64,000 nucleotides of DNA from Candidatus Cloacimonadota bacterium (GTDB lineage: Bacteria; Cloacimonadota; Cloacimonadia; Cloacimonadales; Cloacimonadaceae). Positions 44,113 to 53,228 of this stretch are shown one piece after another. Under the pieces are notes generated by a model. It searched no databases, was not told the origin of the DNA, and saw nothing but the letters and a program-made list of their open reading frames with translations. Numbering within the stretch: the first letter of the stretch is position 1; each line of letters begins with the position of its first letter. The position numbers and the translations under genes were made by a program. The stretch covers positions 4,635-68,634 of the forward strand of contig JAKQNZ010000168.1 in the NCBI GenBank assembly GCA_029565535.1. Reading direction: 5' to 3'.

Positions 44113-44407
44113 ATTCCACCTCGTGAAAGGCAGTTTTTCTTACTCAGCCAGAATGTCAATTGAAAATTCTTCTCAGGCATTTTGTTCAAGTTCGTCACAT
44201 TATGGCTATTCTCTGAAATCGATGTTTCCAATTCAAATGGCTCCTTTGAGCTAATCTCCTTCCACTGCTTACCATACCCAATGTTTTTTGGATAGGTATA
44301 GGATGGGCCCCCTGGAGTTGGGGATGAAGTTCCCATTTAGGAAGTCATTTTTTCCATTCTTCATATAACTCCCTGACAATCACTTACGTAAATGTGGAAG
44401 ATATGTC

Positions 44408-44442
44408 TTGACAAAAAACCGATATACCGTATTAGTTGACCA
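44408..44442 (+). promoter_or_regulatory. Candidate sigma-70-type promoter for the GntR-ABC operon
   Basis: TTGACA at 44408-44413, then N16-17, then 'TATTAG/ATTAGT'. About 30 nt upstream of the AGGAGG RBS. Confidence 0.3.
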
Positions 44443-44473
44443 CATCACTACATCAGCAAAACAGGAGGTGGAG

Positions 44474-44851
44474 ATGAAAGTGTTCAATACCGACACTCCG
44501 ATCTATCTGCAACTGCGCAGACACATCGAAGAACGTATTCTGAGCGGCCACTTGAAGGAAGACGAGGCGATACCCTCGATCCGAACCTTGGCCCGGGATT
44601 ACAGCATAAATCCCCTGACCGTAGGAAACGCACTTGGTGCTTTAATGGAAGAAGGAATCCTTTGCAAAAAGCGTGGCGTTGGAATTTTCGTTTGCCCCGA
44701 TGCCCGGCAAAAGATAATTCAGACACGCCGCACAAGTTTTATCGAAGAAGAACTGAAGCCTGCCCTTGTAATGGCCAGGCAACTGGAACTAAGCAAAGAT
44801 GCCATGCAGAATCTGATAATGGAAATATATGGAGGTGAAGATGTCCGCTAA
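44474..44851 (+). CDS. GntR-family transcriptional regulator, short YtrA-like subfamily
   Basis: 'IPSIRTLARDYSINPLTVGNALGALMEEGIL' winged-HTH. About 125 aa. AGGAGG RBS at 44464-44469. Confidence 0.8.
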   Translation: MKVFNTDTPIYLQLRRHIEERILSGHLKEDEAIPSIRTLARDYSINPLTVGNALGALMEEGILCKKRGVGIFVCPDARQKIIQTRRTSFIEEELKPALVMARQLELSKDAMQNLIMEIYGGEDVR

Positions 44852-45698
44852 TATCTATCAGATCAACAACCTTAGCAAAAACTATGGTAAAACCAAAGCT
44901 TTGGAGAATGTAACCCTGAGCTTGGGAAAGGGCAGGATAATTGGCCTTTTGGGAAAGAATGGAGCCGGCAAATCCACGCTCATGCGTTGCATGCTGGGAT
45001 TTTTGGCACATCAGGGAGAAGTATATCTGAACGACAAACTTCTCCGTCACCGCGATCCGGAAGTTTTTACTCAGGTTGCCTTTATCCCAGATGTAAGCGG
45101 ATTGGACGACCGCCTGAGCGTTCAACAAACCATCGACTATATCCAGGGCGTAAATCCGTGCTGGAATGAGGTAACGGCATCCAAGCTGCTTTCCCTGAGC
45201 AATCTCCCCCTGAAGCGGAAAGTGGGTAAGCTATCCAAAGGCATGAAAACCAAGCTATATCTGCTGATAACCCTGTCTTTGGATGTGGACATCTTGTTGT
45301 TGGACGAGCCTACTCTGGGGCTGGACATAGCGTTTCGCAAGGAATTCTTCAACACAATTCTGGGAGAATTCTTCGATGAACAGAAAACTATCTTCATCTC
45401 CACCCACCAAGTGGAAGAAGTGGAAGACCTTCTGCAGGAGATAATCATCATCGACAATGGAAAAATTCTTCTGCACGAAGAAGTGGAATCCCTGAAAAAC
45501 AGATACCGGGTAGTGAATTTACCTATCGAGCTTGCTCCACAACTGATGGTGCATGAACCCAAGGTGATTTCCAAAACCTTGGGCTTCGTAAGCGCCATCC
45601 TGCCTTCCAATATTGAGATTGAGGGTGCTACATATAATCGGGCAAATCTTGCCGATATCTTTTTAGCTGTAGTGGGAGGAAGCAATGAAACAGTGTAA
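44841..45698 (+). CDS. ABC transporter ATP-binding protein
   Basis: Walker A 'GKNGAGKST', signature 'LSKGMKTKLYL', Walker B 'ILLLDEP'. GGAGGTG RBS present. Confidence 0.85.
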   Translation: MSANIYQINNLSKNYGKTKALENVTLSLGKGRIIGLLGKNGAGKSTLMRCMLGFLAHQGEVYLNDKLLRHRDPEVFTQVAFIPDVSGLDDRLSVQQTIDYIQGVNPCWNEVTASKLLSLSNLPLKRKVGKLSKGMKTKLYLLITLSLDVDILLLDEPTLGLDIAFRKEFFNTILGEFFDEQKTIFISTHQVEEVEDLLQEIIIIDNGKILLHEEVESLKNRYRVVNLPIELAPQLMVHEPKVISKTLGFVSAILPSNIEIEGATYNRANLADIFLAVVGGSNETV

Positions 45699-46539
45699 AG
45701 CGCTCTTCAAAAAGGAAATCCAGACTCACTGGTCTATCCTTCTGACCCCTGTCTGGTTCACTGGCGGAGTTTATGTAACCACTCTGATTGGGCTTATAAT
45801 CGGCTGGCTGAAAGGCAGTTCCCTGGATTGGGCTGTCTCGGTAAAGCATATTCCCAAGGGAATGGAAGGACTGATCATGTATTCCAGTGTGTACAGCATC
45901 AGCCTACTGCTGGGCGTGGTGGCTACAATCACGGCGATAATTCTGGCTGATAGCCTGATCAATGGCGGTTTTAAACGCAAGTGCGAAATCCTGCATCTAT
46001 CCCAGCCGGTTACCCTATCCCGAATCCTGGGCATCAAATATCTGCTCATGGTGCCAGGAACCTTCCTGATCTTTTCCCTTATGGCTTTGATTAATGCCTT
46101 TGTGATGTCCTGCCTCCAGATATGGTTTCTCTCCGGACATTTCTACTTTGGTTTTGTCGCTTGGGTGCAAAGCATATTGGAAACAGGTTTTAGCATGATG
46201 TTTCTCAGTTCCCTGTTTTGGTTTTTTGCTGCGCTCTACAGACAGAAATCATTTTTCAAAGGGGTGCTGACAATCCTGGGAATTCAGGCTGTGATCTCGA
46301 TCTTGAATTACACTGCTGGCCTGGATATACCTTCGCTTCTGGGTTATATTGGCCGCTTGGCCACGATCCGCTTTGAATTGAATGGTAGTTCCAATCCCCA
46401 GGCCCTGGAATCGGTTTTTTATCTGATCACGCAGAAATGGCAGATGCTCTGGAGCTGGGAAACTCTGCTTAAGGTTGTTTACAGCATCGCCCTTTTCGTT
46501 GGTGGTTTTCATCTCTACCGAAGGAGACAGGTAAGCTAG
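45685..46539 (+). CDS. Polytopic membrane protein, probably the permease partner of the ABC ATPase (ABC-2-like)
   Basis: About 6-7 hydrophobic helices. Overlaps the ATPase gene by 14 nt. No motif recognised. Confidence 0.5.
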   Translation: MKQCKALFKKEIQTHWSILLTPVWFTGGVYVTTLIGLIIGWLKGSSLDWAVSVKHIPKGMEGLIMYSSVYSISLLLGVVATITAIILADSLINGGFKRKCEILHLSQPVTLSRILGIKYLLMVPGTFLIFSLMALINAFVMSCLQIWFLSGHFYFGFVAWVQSILETGFSMMFLSSLFWFFAALYRQKSFFKGVLTILGIQAVISILNYTAGLDIPSLLGYIGRLATIRFELNGSSNPQALESVFYLITQKWQMLWSWETLLKVVYSIALFVGGFHLYRRRQVS

Positions 46540-46563
46540 GTTTCGCTCCGACTGAATAAACGA

Positions 46564-46600
46564 ACAGGGATTCCAAATCTGGGGTCCCTGTTTCTCATTA
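46564..46600 (+). terminator. Candidate terminator of the GntR-ABC operon
   Basis: 'AACAGGGA-N15-TCCCTGTT' followed by 'TCTCATT'. The T-tract is weak. Confidence 0.4.
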
Positions 46601-46622
46601 ATATGGATGAATCCAACGACCT

Positions 46623-46668
46623 AAAAAAAAGACAGGCGGCAACGGCAAAGAGCTATTGACCGCCTGTC
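46623..46668 (-). terminator. Rho-independent terminator of hup
   Basis: Minus strand reads 'GACAGGCGG-N20-CCGCCTGTC' followed by T8. Confidence 0.65.
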
Positions 46669-46689
46669 AAGGAATGACAATTATGGGGC

Positions 46690-46965
46690 TTATTTTTTAA
46701 CAGCCTCTTTCAGTTTTTTACCAGCTTTGAAAACGGGGACCTTACGGGCCGGGATCTTCAAGGCTTTCTTGGTTTTGGGATTGATGCCGTTGCGGGCTTT
46801 ACGATGTGCAACGCTGAAAGAACCAAAACCGACCAATGAAACCTTTCCTCCCTTTTTAAGGGTCTCGGTAACTCCCTCAAGAACTGCGGCGAGGGCCAGG
46901 CCAGCTACTTTTTGAGAGATACCTGCGGCACCTGCGATCTTTTTAATCAAATCATCTCTGCTCAT
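46690..46965 (-). CDS. hup: HU-family DNA-binding protein
   Basis: 'MSRDDLIKKIAG...GFGSFSVAHRKARNGINPKTKKALKIPARKVPVFKAGKKLKEAV'. AAGGAGG lies 5 nt upstream of this ATG. Confidence 0.9.
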   Translation of the reverse strand: MSRDDLIKKIAGAAGISQKVAGLALAAVLEGVTETLKKGGKVSLVGFGSFSVAHRKARNGINPKTKKALKIPARKVPVFKAGKKLKEAVKK

Positions 46966-47264
46966 ATTACCTCCTTTCATAATCTCGTGATAAGAGTGAG
47001 AGATCTTTCAGTGATAAGTAAAGTGCACTCCAATAATTCTGTCAACTAAAAAAAGCGGGTTTTTTTTCTCTGAACGGTTTAATGCGGGTTAAGGGCTCGT
47101 GACTTTTTTCGTATCCGTAAGTACATCAACAGTTTAACACGGCTTTGAGAAACCAGAAAAAAACTTCCGATTTTCCAGGCAATAAGATCTCCTTTGCTTT
47201 TTTAGATTGACAAAAAATGGGCTGGGCTGGCTATAGGTATTCAAAAATCAGGGAGGATTTACCA

Positions 47265-48458
47265 ATGAAAATTAAAATATTGAGTCTCATAAGCCTGGTC
47301 GTTCTAATAGCGCTTAGCGCTTGCGCAGGCAGCAAACCGGAAGTTCAGCCAGAACCGGTTCCGGTTCGCAATCCTTTGGCTCTGGCTCATCAAGCGGCAG
47401 CCGATGGCAACGATGCATATTCGGAGAAACTCTATAACGAGGCCATCCTGGCTTTCACCGAAGCAATCGCGCTGTTCAACGAGGCTGCTCCTACTGCCGT
47501 TCCCACTGATTCCATCACTCTAAATATCGAAAAGATGAATCTGAATATCGCCAAATCTCACATAGACCTGGCGGTGGAAAGCGCATCGCAAAGCATGTAC
47601 GATGATGCCATTCACAATTATGAAAAAGCCCTTGGCATCTACAAAACCATCACTCCAGTTCATGTAAGCCAGGGAGAATTGGACGCAAATATTCTGGGCG
47701 TGTACAATAACCTGGCCATCGTAGCCAAAGACGCCGGGAAATTCGAAGAAGCTGTGGGCTATTACGATCAGCTTTTGAAACTGAAACCAAATGATCCCGC
47801 AACTTTGAACAGCAAGTTCTTCCTCCTGCGCGACAATCTGAAGGACGAAACCCGGGCTTACGCAGTATTGATCGATCTGGCAACTGCCACCAACGATCCC
47901 GCAGCTTACATCAATCTGGCAGATCGCTATGCTGAAAAAGGCAATAACATAGAAGCCGGAAAGTATTATCTGAAGGCATTGGAACTCCAACCCGGCGCCG
48001 ATATGTACCGCCGTTTGGCAAATTTCTACCGCAACAACAATGATTGGGCAAACGCCAATCTCTACCTCGAAAAGCTGGTGGAAACCAAACCTGATAACGC
48101 AGAATTGGCAAAAGTATATCAGATGATCGGCAAGAACTATGACGAGCTGAAGAACTCTAAAAAGATGATTGAATACTACGAAAAATCCCTGGCTATCGAT
48201 CGGGATCCGCAGTTGGCTTTGGTTCTGGCTGGATACTATAATTCTCAGAAAAACTATGCCAAAGTAATCAGCTATGCCACAATGACCCTGACTGTTGACA
48301 CACGCAATGTTGATGCCCTCATGCTGCGAGGTTTGGCCTATTATAACAGCAAGCCCAAGAACTACGCCGCCGCCAAGGCAGACCTTACCCGCATCCAGAA
48401 TGATCCCAAGTACGGTGCACAGGTAAAGAAAATCCTGCAAGATCCCAAAATGAAATAA
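47265..48458 (+). CDS. TPR-repeat lipoprotein
   Basis: 'MKIKILSLISLVVLIALSACAG' (signal plus lipobox), then repeated 34-aa A/Y/L-rich TPR-like units. Confidence 0.7.
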   Translation: MKIKILSLISLVVLIALSACAGSKPEVQPEPVPVRNPLALAHQAAADGNDAYSEKLYNEAILAFTEAIALFNEAAPTAVPTDSITLNIEKMNLNIAKSHIDLAVESASQSMYDDAIHNYEKALGIYKTITPVHVSQGELDANILGVYNNLAIVAKDAGKFEEAVGYYDQLLKLKPNDPATLNSKFFLLRDNLKDETRAYAVLIDLATATNDPAAYINLADRYAEKGNNIEAGKYYLKALELQPGADMYRRLANFYRNNNDWANANLYLEKLVETKPDNAELAKVYQMIGKNYDELKNSKKMIEYYEKSLAIDRDPQLALVLAGYYNSQKNYAKVISYATMTLTVDTRNVDALMLRGLAYYNSKPKNYAAAKADLTRIQNDPKYGAQVKKILQDPKMK

Positions 48459-48477
48459 TCCATAAGAGCTTTTTTAT

Positions 48478-48508
48478 GACGGGTGAGCAATCACCCGTCT
48501 GGCTTTTC
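48478..48508 (+). terminator. Candidate Rho-independent terminator
   Basis: 'GACGGGTGA-GCAA-TCACCCGTC' followed by 'TGGCTTTTC'. Confidence 0.5.
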
Positions 48509-48531
48509 AAATCAAAAAATACTGTAAAGAC

Positions 48532-48981
48532 ATGAACCAAAAACTCCGCAGTGATGGCTCAATAAAAGCCATTTATTCCGCCTCAGAAGGGAAGAAGCTC
48601 TACCGGCCTTTGATGGCATCAAAGATAAATGCCGGCTTCCCCTCTCCAGCTCAGGATTACATCGAAGGCAAGCTTGACCTTAATGAGCATCTCATAGTTC
48701 ATGAAGCCTCCACCTTTTTCGTGCGTGTGGAAGGATACTCCATGCAGGGCGCAGGAATCCTGCCAGACGACATTCTGATCGTGGACAGAGCCCTCGAAGC
48801 CACACACAACCGAATCGTGATCGCCATCCTGGATGGAGAACTAACCGTCAAACGCCTGCACATCGAGGATTCGCAGTATTATCTGGTGCCCGAAAATGAA
48901 GACTACAGCCCCATTCTTATCGACGAGGACATGGATTTTATGATCTGGGGTGTGGTTACTTACGTTATTCACAAAGTATAG
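48532..48981 (+). CDS. umuD: UmuD-like S24 peptidase (LexA-family autoproteolytic protein)
   Basis: 'AGFPSPAQDY' (UmuD cleavage-site region), 'VEGYSMQGAGI' (Ser nucleophile context), 'LTVKRL' (Lys). No HTH domain is present. Confidence 0.75.
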   Translation: MNQKLRSDGSIKAIYSASEGKKLYRPLMASKINAGFPSPAQDYIEGKLDLNEHLIVHEASTFFVRVEGYSMQGAGILPDDILIVDRALEATHNRIVIAILDGELTVKRLHIEDSQYYLVPENEDYSPILIDEDMDFMIWGVVTYVIHKV

Positions 48982-51900
48982 TGCCTTGCTTTGTTCAAAG
49001 CGTTTACTATCCTCGCTTCTTATCCTGCTGTTTGCAGTAACCCTGCCTTCACAATCTCTTTTCACCCGCAAATCTCTTATACTAAGTCCCTCTGAAACCA
49101 GCTACAAAATCGCGGAAAGTCCCTTGATTCATCACAGTGAAAGCATTAAGGCCGACAGCCTCAAGCTGATCCACGGACTGGATTACCTGCTGGACTATGA
49201 AAATGGGCTTCTTAGGCTAATCCGCATGCCAGAAACAGAGCAACTCCAGATCGAGTATATTTTGGTGCCAACAAACCTGCATAAGCCAGTGCAACTATAC
49301 GAAATCCAACCTGCCTCAGACAGCCTGTTCGCTCGTATAGTTAGAAAGCCCAAAGTCCTGTTCAATCCAGATGGCAAGCTGGAGATAAAAGGATCAAAGA
49401 CCTTTGCCATAGCCTTTTCGGACGATGAGTCCTTCGACCTGAAGCAATCTCTCTTTGTTAATCTTACTGGCGAACTTTCTCAAGGAGTTAATCTGGAAGC
49501 CCAGCTATCAGACAGCCAGTCCAAGCTTTCCCCGGAAGGCGATTCCAAGGAGTTGAGCTCTTTGGACAAGGTATTTGTAAAGCTGTATGGTAAAAATTAT
49601 GAATTGGCGATGGGCGATCTGAATCTGGAATTCCGCAACAGCCGCTATCTGGAATACCAAAGCAGTTTCGAGGGTCTATCCGCCAGTTATAAAAACCATT
49701 CCGAACTGCAGGCTGCCTTTGCGGCCGGAAGCGGTAAAAGTAGTACGGTAATCCTGCCTATCGTAGATGGAAAGCAAGGGCCCTATTATCTCCGACCGAA
49801 CGACTATCAGCCAGGTTATCTGGTTGTAGCAGGCTCAGAAGAGGTTTTCGTGGATGGTAGCCGTTGGGAACGGGGCTTGGACTATAGCATAGACTATTCT
49901 GAGGGCAGCCTTATGTTCAAGAGGCTTGTTTATTCCGCAAATAATGTTTTGGTACGCTTCCAGTATTCTGATGAGTTTTATCCAGTTTCAAGCTATTTTA
50001 GCTCTTCCTATCTTCCTCTGGGGTATAATCTTAGTTTTCGGCACCATTTTATCTGGCAACAGGATGACAAACGGCACCCCCTGGCTACCTCATTTTCAGA
50101 AGCAGACCTCGATTCTCTAAGACAAGCTGGCGATAACGTGATCTGGGGCAATGGTGTAAACCAGGTGGCCGAGGGAACAGGAAGCTACAAGCTAGCAATA
50201 AGTCAAACGGGGACTGAGTATTATGAATATGCCCCTGGAGACAGCCTGGCAGTTTATGATCTGATATTCAGTTATGTGGGTTTTGGAATGGGTGATTACC
50301 AGGAGTTTTCCAGCGGAAAGTTCCGCTTTGCAGGGATCGGCCAGGGTTCCTGGCAACCGCAGAAAAGGCTTATTCCACCAGCCAAAACTGGTAATCTGGA
50401 ATTGATTTTTGCTTATCAGGGCTCTGCTTTTACAGCAGGAGTGGAAACCCTTGGCTCGCTTGCCGACAAGAACACACTTTCTGAGAAGGATGACGGGGAC
50501 AATCTGGGGGGGCTGATTTTTACTTATGCTGAGCTTCCCTGGGCAAGCAACAAAGTCAGGCTGGAGCACGAAGAGCGAACCGCTAGCACGAAGCTCTTTG
50601 GCAAATACCGAAATACAGAAACCGAATACGATTTTAACGCTCTGGCAAAGGCGGATTCTCTGGCTCAACGCAATAGCGACCTTCTACTATCCCATCTCGG
50701 TGAAAAGTGGAAACTTAGTCTGCTGCTGCGATATAGGGACATAGCCGATTTGAACTACTTGAAAGCCTTGCGTATTAGCTCTTCATCCAGCGGCAAAGGT
50801 CTGTTGCCTGCCATAAACCTGCTAAGTACTCTCGCTGAGCAACAGAATAAAACTGCCGCCAAAGATAAAAGCCAGTTGCAATACCTGCAGGGAGACCTAG
50901 CCTGGATCTACAAATCTCTGCGCCTCAAGCTTGCTGCCCTGCAAAACTCACTGCTTCAGAGCTCTCTGGGCACCGACTACCAAAAGCTGAATCCGCAGCT
51001 TAGCTGGGGCAATAACGCAAAGCTATTTTCACAGATCAGCTTCAGCGCAGATCAAAGTAAAGTAAAAAACCAATCAGTTTGGACTACCCAAAACCGCTCT
51101 GAAACCTATGCTTACAAGCAGGTTCTGAATCTGGGCCAACAGCGGCTTGATCTGGAGTTTACGCATCGCCAGCTACGTCAACCCAGCTCAGAAAACCCGG
51201 TTTCAAGCTATGATCTGGTGAACCTGCGTTCCAACCTAAGCGCTCTGAAACAGATGCTAAGCCTCTACACGAATTACCAGCTCAATCAGACTGAATTTTT
51301 CCCAAAAATAAGAGAACTGCAATACGTTGGCAATGGCCTGGGTTTGTATGACAGCACAGGGGTCAGCATTACAGATGGGGACTATGATTATGTGTTTATA
51401 ACCAGTTCCCAGGGCACTCTGGCCAGTGATATTAACGCACTCTGGACTCTGTATTTAAAACCTGGCAACTATCTGCAGGGAGACGGGTGGAAACGCTGGC
51501 AAATCGACAGTACTTTGCAACTAAGCGAGCAAAGCAGCAACCGAGACGATTGGAAGCGCTATCTCTTTTGGCCGGGCACTGTTTACAACGAAACCAATAC
51601 CATCTTTGGCCGCCAAAACCTGCAACAAACCTTGTGGGTGGAATTGATTCAAAACCATATGAACGCAAGTCTCCAGCAAAATCTGGAGCGCAGCCTGGAC
51701 AAGCGATACCAAAGCCCGGAACGTAGCTATAGCTTACAACACTTTGTACAGATGGACATCAAAGGCTATTCTAGCTACAGCACACGCTTGTTGTTCAGCC
51801 GGGAATTAGCACAGGACTCACGCTATCTCTCCAGCCTGAAAAGCCTTGGTGTCAGTACTCTGGTTCAGAGAAATCTGGCTGTGCAAAGCAACCTTCAGGC

Positions 51901-52234
51901 TGAGCTGAGCTATACCCGCGAAGATGGAGGCAAACAAGATGGCAGCGAGACGTATCGCTTGCATAGCTACTATTTTTCACCCAGCATTCGTAGTGTCTGG
52001 CTACAGAAGTACCGTTTTTCAGGGAGCTTTTCGCTTACCTACAACATCCTTTCGGGAAGCGGATATTTTGGCTTTTTGCCCAATAAACGCGCAGGCTGGA
52101 TACCTGGGCTAAGCCTAAGTGGAATTTATCGGCTGAATAACTTCAGCAGTCTGAGCCTGGAATACCGTTTCAACGATTACCCCGCGCAGAAAAGCAGTCA
52201 CGAACTAAAATTGGAGTTTAAGGCGGAATTATAA
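48950..52234 (+). CDS. Large (about 1080-1094 aa) secreted, beta-rich hypothetical protein, possibly outer-membrane. Start uncertain (GTG 48950 or TTG about 48986).
   Basis: N-terminal hydrophobic segment 'KRLLSSLLILLFAVTLPSQS'. Repeated 'GLDY.(L/I)DY..G.L' motif. S/N/Q/Y/L-rich strand-like composition. No family recognised. Confidence 0.45.
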   Translation: MWLLTLFTKYSALLCSKRLLSSLLILLFAVTLPSQSLFTRKSLILSPSETSYKIAESPLIHHSESIKADSLKLIHGLDYLLDYENGLLRLIRMPETEQLQIEYILVPTNLHKPVQLYEIQPASDSLFARIVRKPKVLFNPDGKLEIKGSKTFAIAFSDDESFDLKQSLFVNLTGELSQGVNLEAQLSDSQSKLSPEGDSKELSSLDKVFVKLYGKNYELAMGDLNLEFRNSRYLEYQSSFEGLSASYKNHSELQAAFAAGSGKSSTVILPIVDGKQGPYYLRPNDYQPGYLVVAGSEEVFVDGSRWERGLDYSIDYSEGSLMFKRLVYSANNVLVRFQYSDEFYPVSSYFSSSYLPLGYNLSFRHHFIWQQDDKRHPLATSFSEADLDSLRQAGDNVIWGNGVNQVAEGTGSYKLAISQTGTEYYEYAPGDSLAVYDLIFSYVGFGMGDYQEFSSGKFRFAGIGQGSWQPQKRLIPPAKTGNLELIFAYQGSAFTAGVETLGSLADKNTLSEKDDGDNLGGLIFTYAELPWASNKVRLEHEERTASTKLFGKYRNTETEYDFNALAKADSLAQRNSDLLLSHLGEKWKLSLLLRYRDIADLNYLKALRISSSSSGKGLLPAINLLSTLAEQQNKTAAKDKSQLQYLQGDLAWIYKSLRLKLAALQNSLLQSSLGTDYQKLNPQLSWGNNAKLFSQISFSADQSKVKNQSVWTTQNRSETYAYKQVLNLGQQRLDLEFTHRQLRQPSSENPVSSYDLVNLRSNLSALKQMLSLYTNYQLNQTEFFPKIRELQYVGNGLGLYDSTGVSITDGDYDYVFITSSQGTLASDINALWTLYLKPGNYLQGDGWKRWQIDSTLQLSEQSSNRDDWKRYLFWPGTVYNETNTIFGRQNLQQTLWVELIQNHMNASLQQNLERSLDKRYQSPERSYSLQHFVQMDIKGYSSYSTRLLFSRELAQDSRYLSSLKSLGVSTLVQRNLAVQSNLQAELSYTREDGGKQDGSETYRLHSYYFSPSIRSVWLQKYRFSGSFSLTYNILSGSGYFGFLPNKRAGWIPGLSLSGIYRLNNFSSLSLEYRFNDYPAQKSSHELKLEFKAEL

Positions 52235-53017
52235 ATGAGCCAATACATCTCATTATCTCCTCTGGATTACACAATTGTCTTGCCCTTCATCTTCCTGGCC
52301 GGTTTTATCGACGCCATTGCAGGAGGTGGTGGGCTGATTTCACTTCCAGCTTATTGGAGCGTGGGAATTCCACCTCACCTGGCTTTGGGAACCAACAAAT
52401 TCTCATCCTGCTTTGGCACCGTGTTTTCCACGGCAAACTACTTCAAAGCAAAAATGATCGATGTCCCCGTCGCATTGCTTAGCGCTGCTTTTGCCCTTTT
52501 AGGTTCCTGGCTGGGAGCTACTACTGCGCTGCATGTTTCAGCAAAGATTTTGAACTACCTCCTGGTTGTTCTAATCCCTATTGTGGCGGTAATATCGTTA
52601 ACAAGCCGTAAAATGGGTTATGAAAGCAGAGCCCATCTGCTTGGATTAGGTTACCGGCTGCTTTTGGGAGGACTGGCTGGACTGGGAATTGGCTTTTACG
52701 ACGGGTTTTTCGGACCCGGCACAGGAACCTTCCTGATCCTGATCTATACGTCGCTTTTACATTACGATTTTGTGAAAGCCAACGGCAATACGAAAGTTGT
52801 GAACCTTGCCTCAAACGTAGCGGCATTGATCACTTTTTCGGTGTCCGGCCACGTTTATCTGCCTCTGGCAATTCCTGGGGCAATCTGCGGAATCACTGGC
52901 AATATTCTCGGTTCCAAACTCGTTATTCTGAAAGGCAACAAACTTATCAAAGAGGTCTTTGTCCTCGCTCTGCTTTTGCTGTTGGGCAGAGTAATATACA
53001 ATCTCTTATCTTTGTAA
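52235..53017 (+). CDS. TSUP (TauE/SafE) family anion exporter
   Basis: 'DAIAGGGGLISLP' motif repeated in the second half ('GFFGPGTGTFL'). About 8 TM helices. The ATG directly abuts the upstream TAA. Confidence 0.8.
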   Translation: MSQYISLSPLDYTIVLPFIFLAGFIDAIAGGGGLISLPAYWSVGIPPHLALGTNKFSSCFGTVFSTANYFKAKMIDVPVALLSAAFALLGSWLGATTALHVSAKILNYLLVVLIPIVAVISLTSRKMGYESRAHLLGLGYRLLLGGLAGLGIGFYDGFFGPGTGTFLILIYTSLLHYDFVKANGNTKVVNLASNVAALITFSVSGHVYLPLAIPGAICGITGNILGSKLVILKGNKLIKEVFVLALLLLLGRVIYNLLSL

Positions 53018-53228
53018 CAACCTGCATAATAACCTAGATAAGTTTCTTTCGCCAAGCCTTGTCCGGCGTAACTCAGATATGGTCGGTTTATACAGCGTGA
53101 CTTGTCTGCCTGATCATGACAAGAGAGAAACTCAATCATATTCGGCTGGTGCATTCAAGAAAAGTTCTTGACTGATAATAGATGCGGGAAAAAATGAGGA
53201 AAACCGATAATAATTCAGGAGTAACTTC

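Noticed and set aside
44109-44336. A 75-aa minus-strand ORF upstream of and overlapping the uvrA start.
   Set aside because: - It has no RBS.
- It overlaps the uvrA initiation region out of frame.
- It carries no motifs, so the region is more likely promoter or leader DNA.
44113-44407. LexA/SOS boxes upstream of uvrA, and also upstream of umuD (48459-48531) and dinB (56376-56460).
   Set aside because: - Only partial or direct-repeat matches were seen, for example CGAACTTGAACAA and ACTGT-N5-ACAT.
- No CTGT-N8-ACAG or GAAC-N4-GTTC palindrome is present.
- No call is possible without the lineage-specific LexA motif.
47520-48440. A 306-aa minus-strand ORF antisense to the TPR lipoprotein. Similar shadow ORFs lie at 26629-27444, 34488-35147, 42787-43461, 62889-63494, 10640-11155 and 39670-40242.
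   Set aside because: - Each lies wholly within a strongly supported gene on the opposite strand.
- The translations are compositionally odd and carry no motifs.
- I treat them as shadow ORFs.
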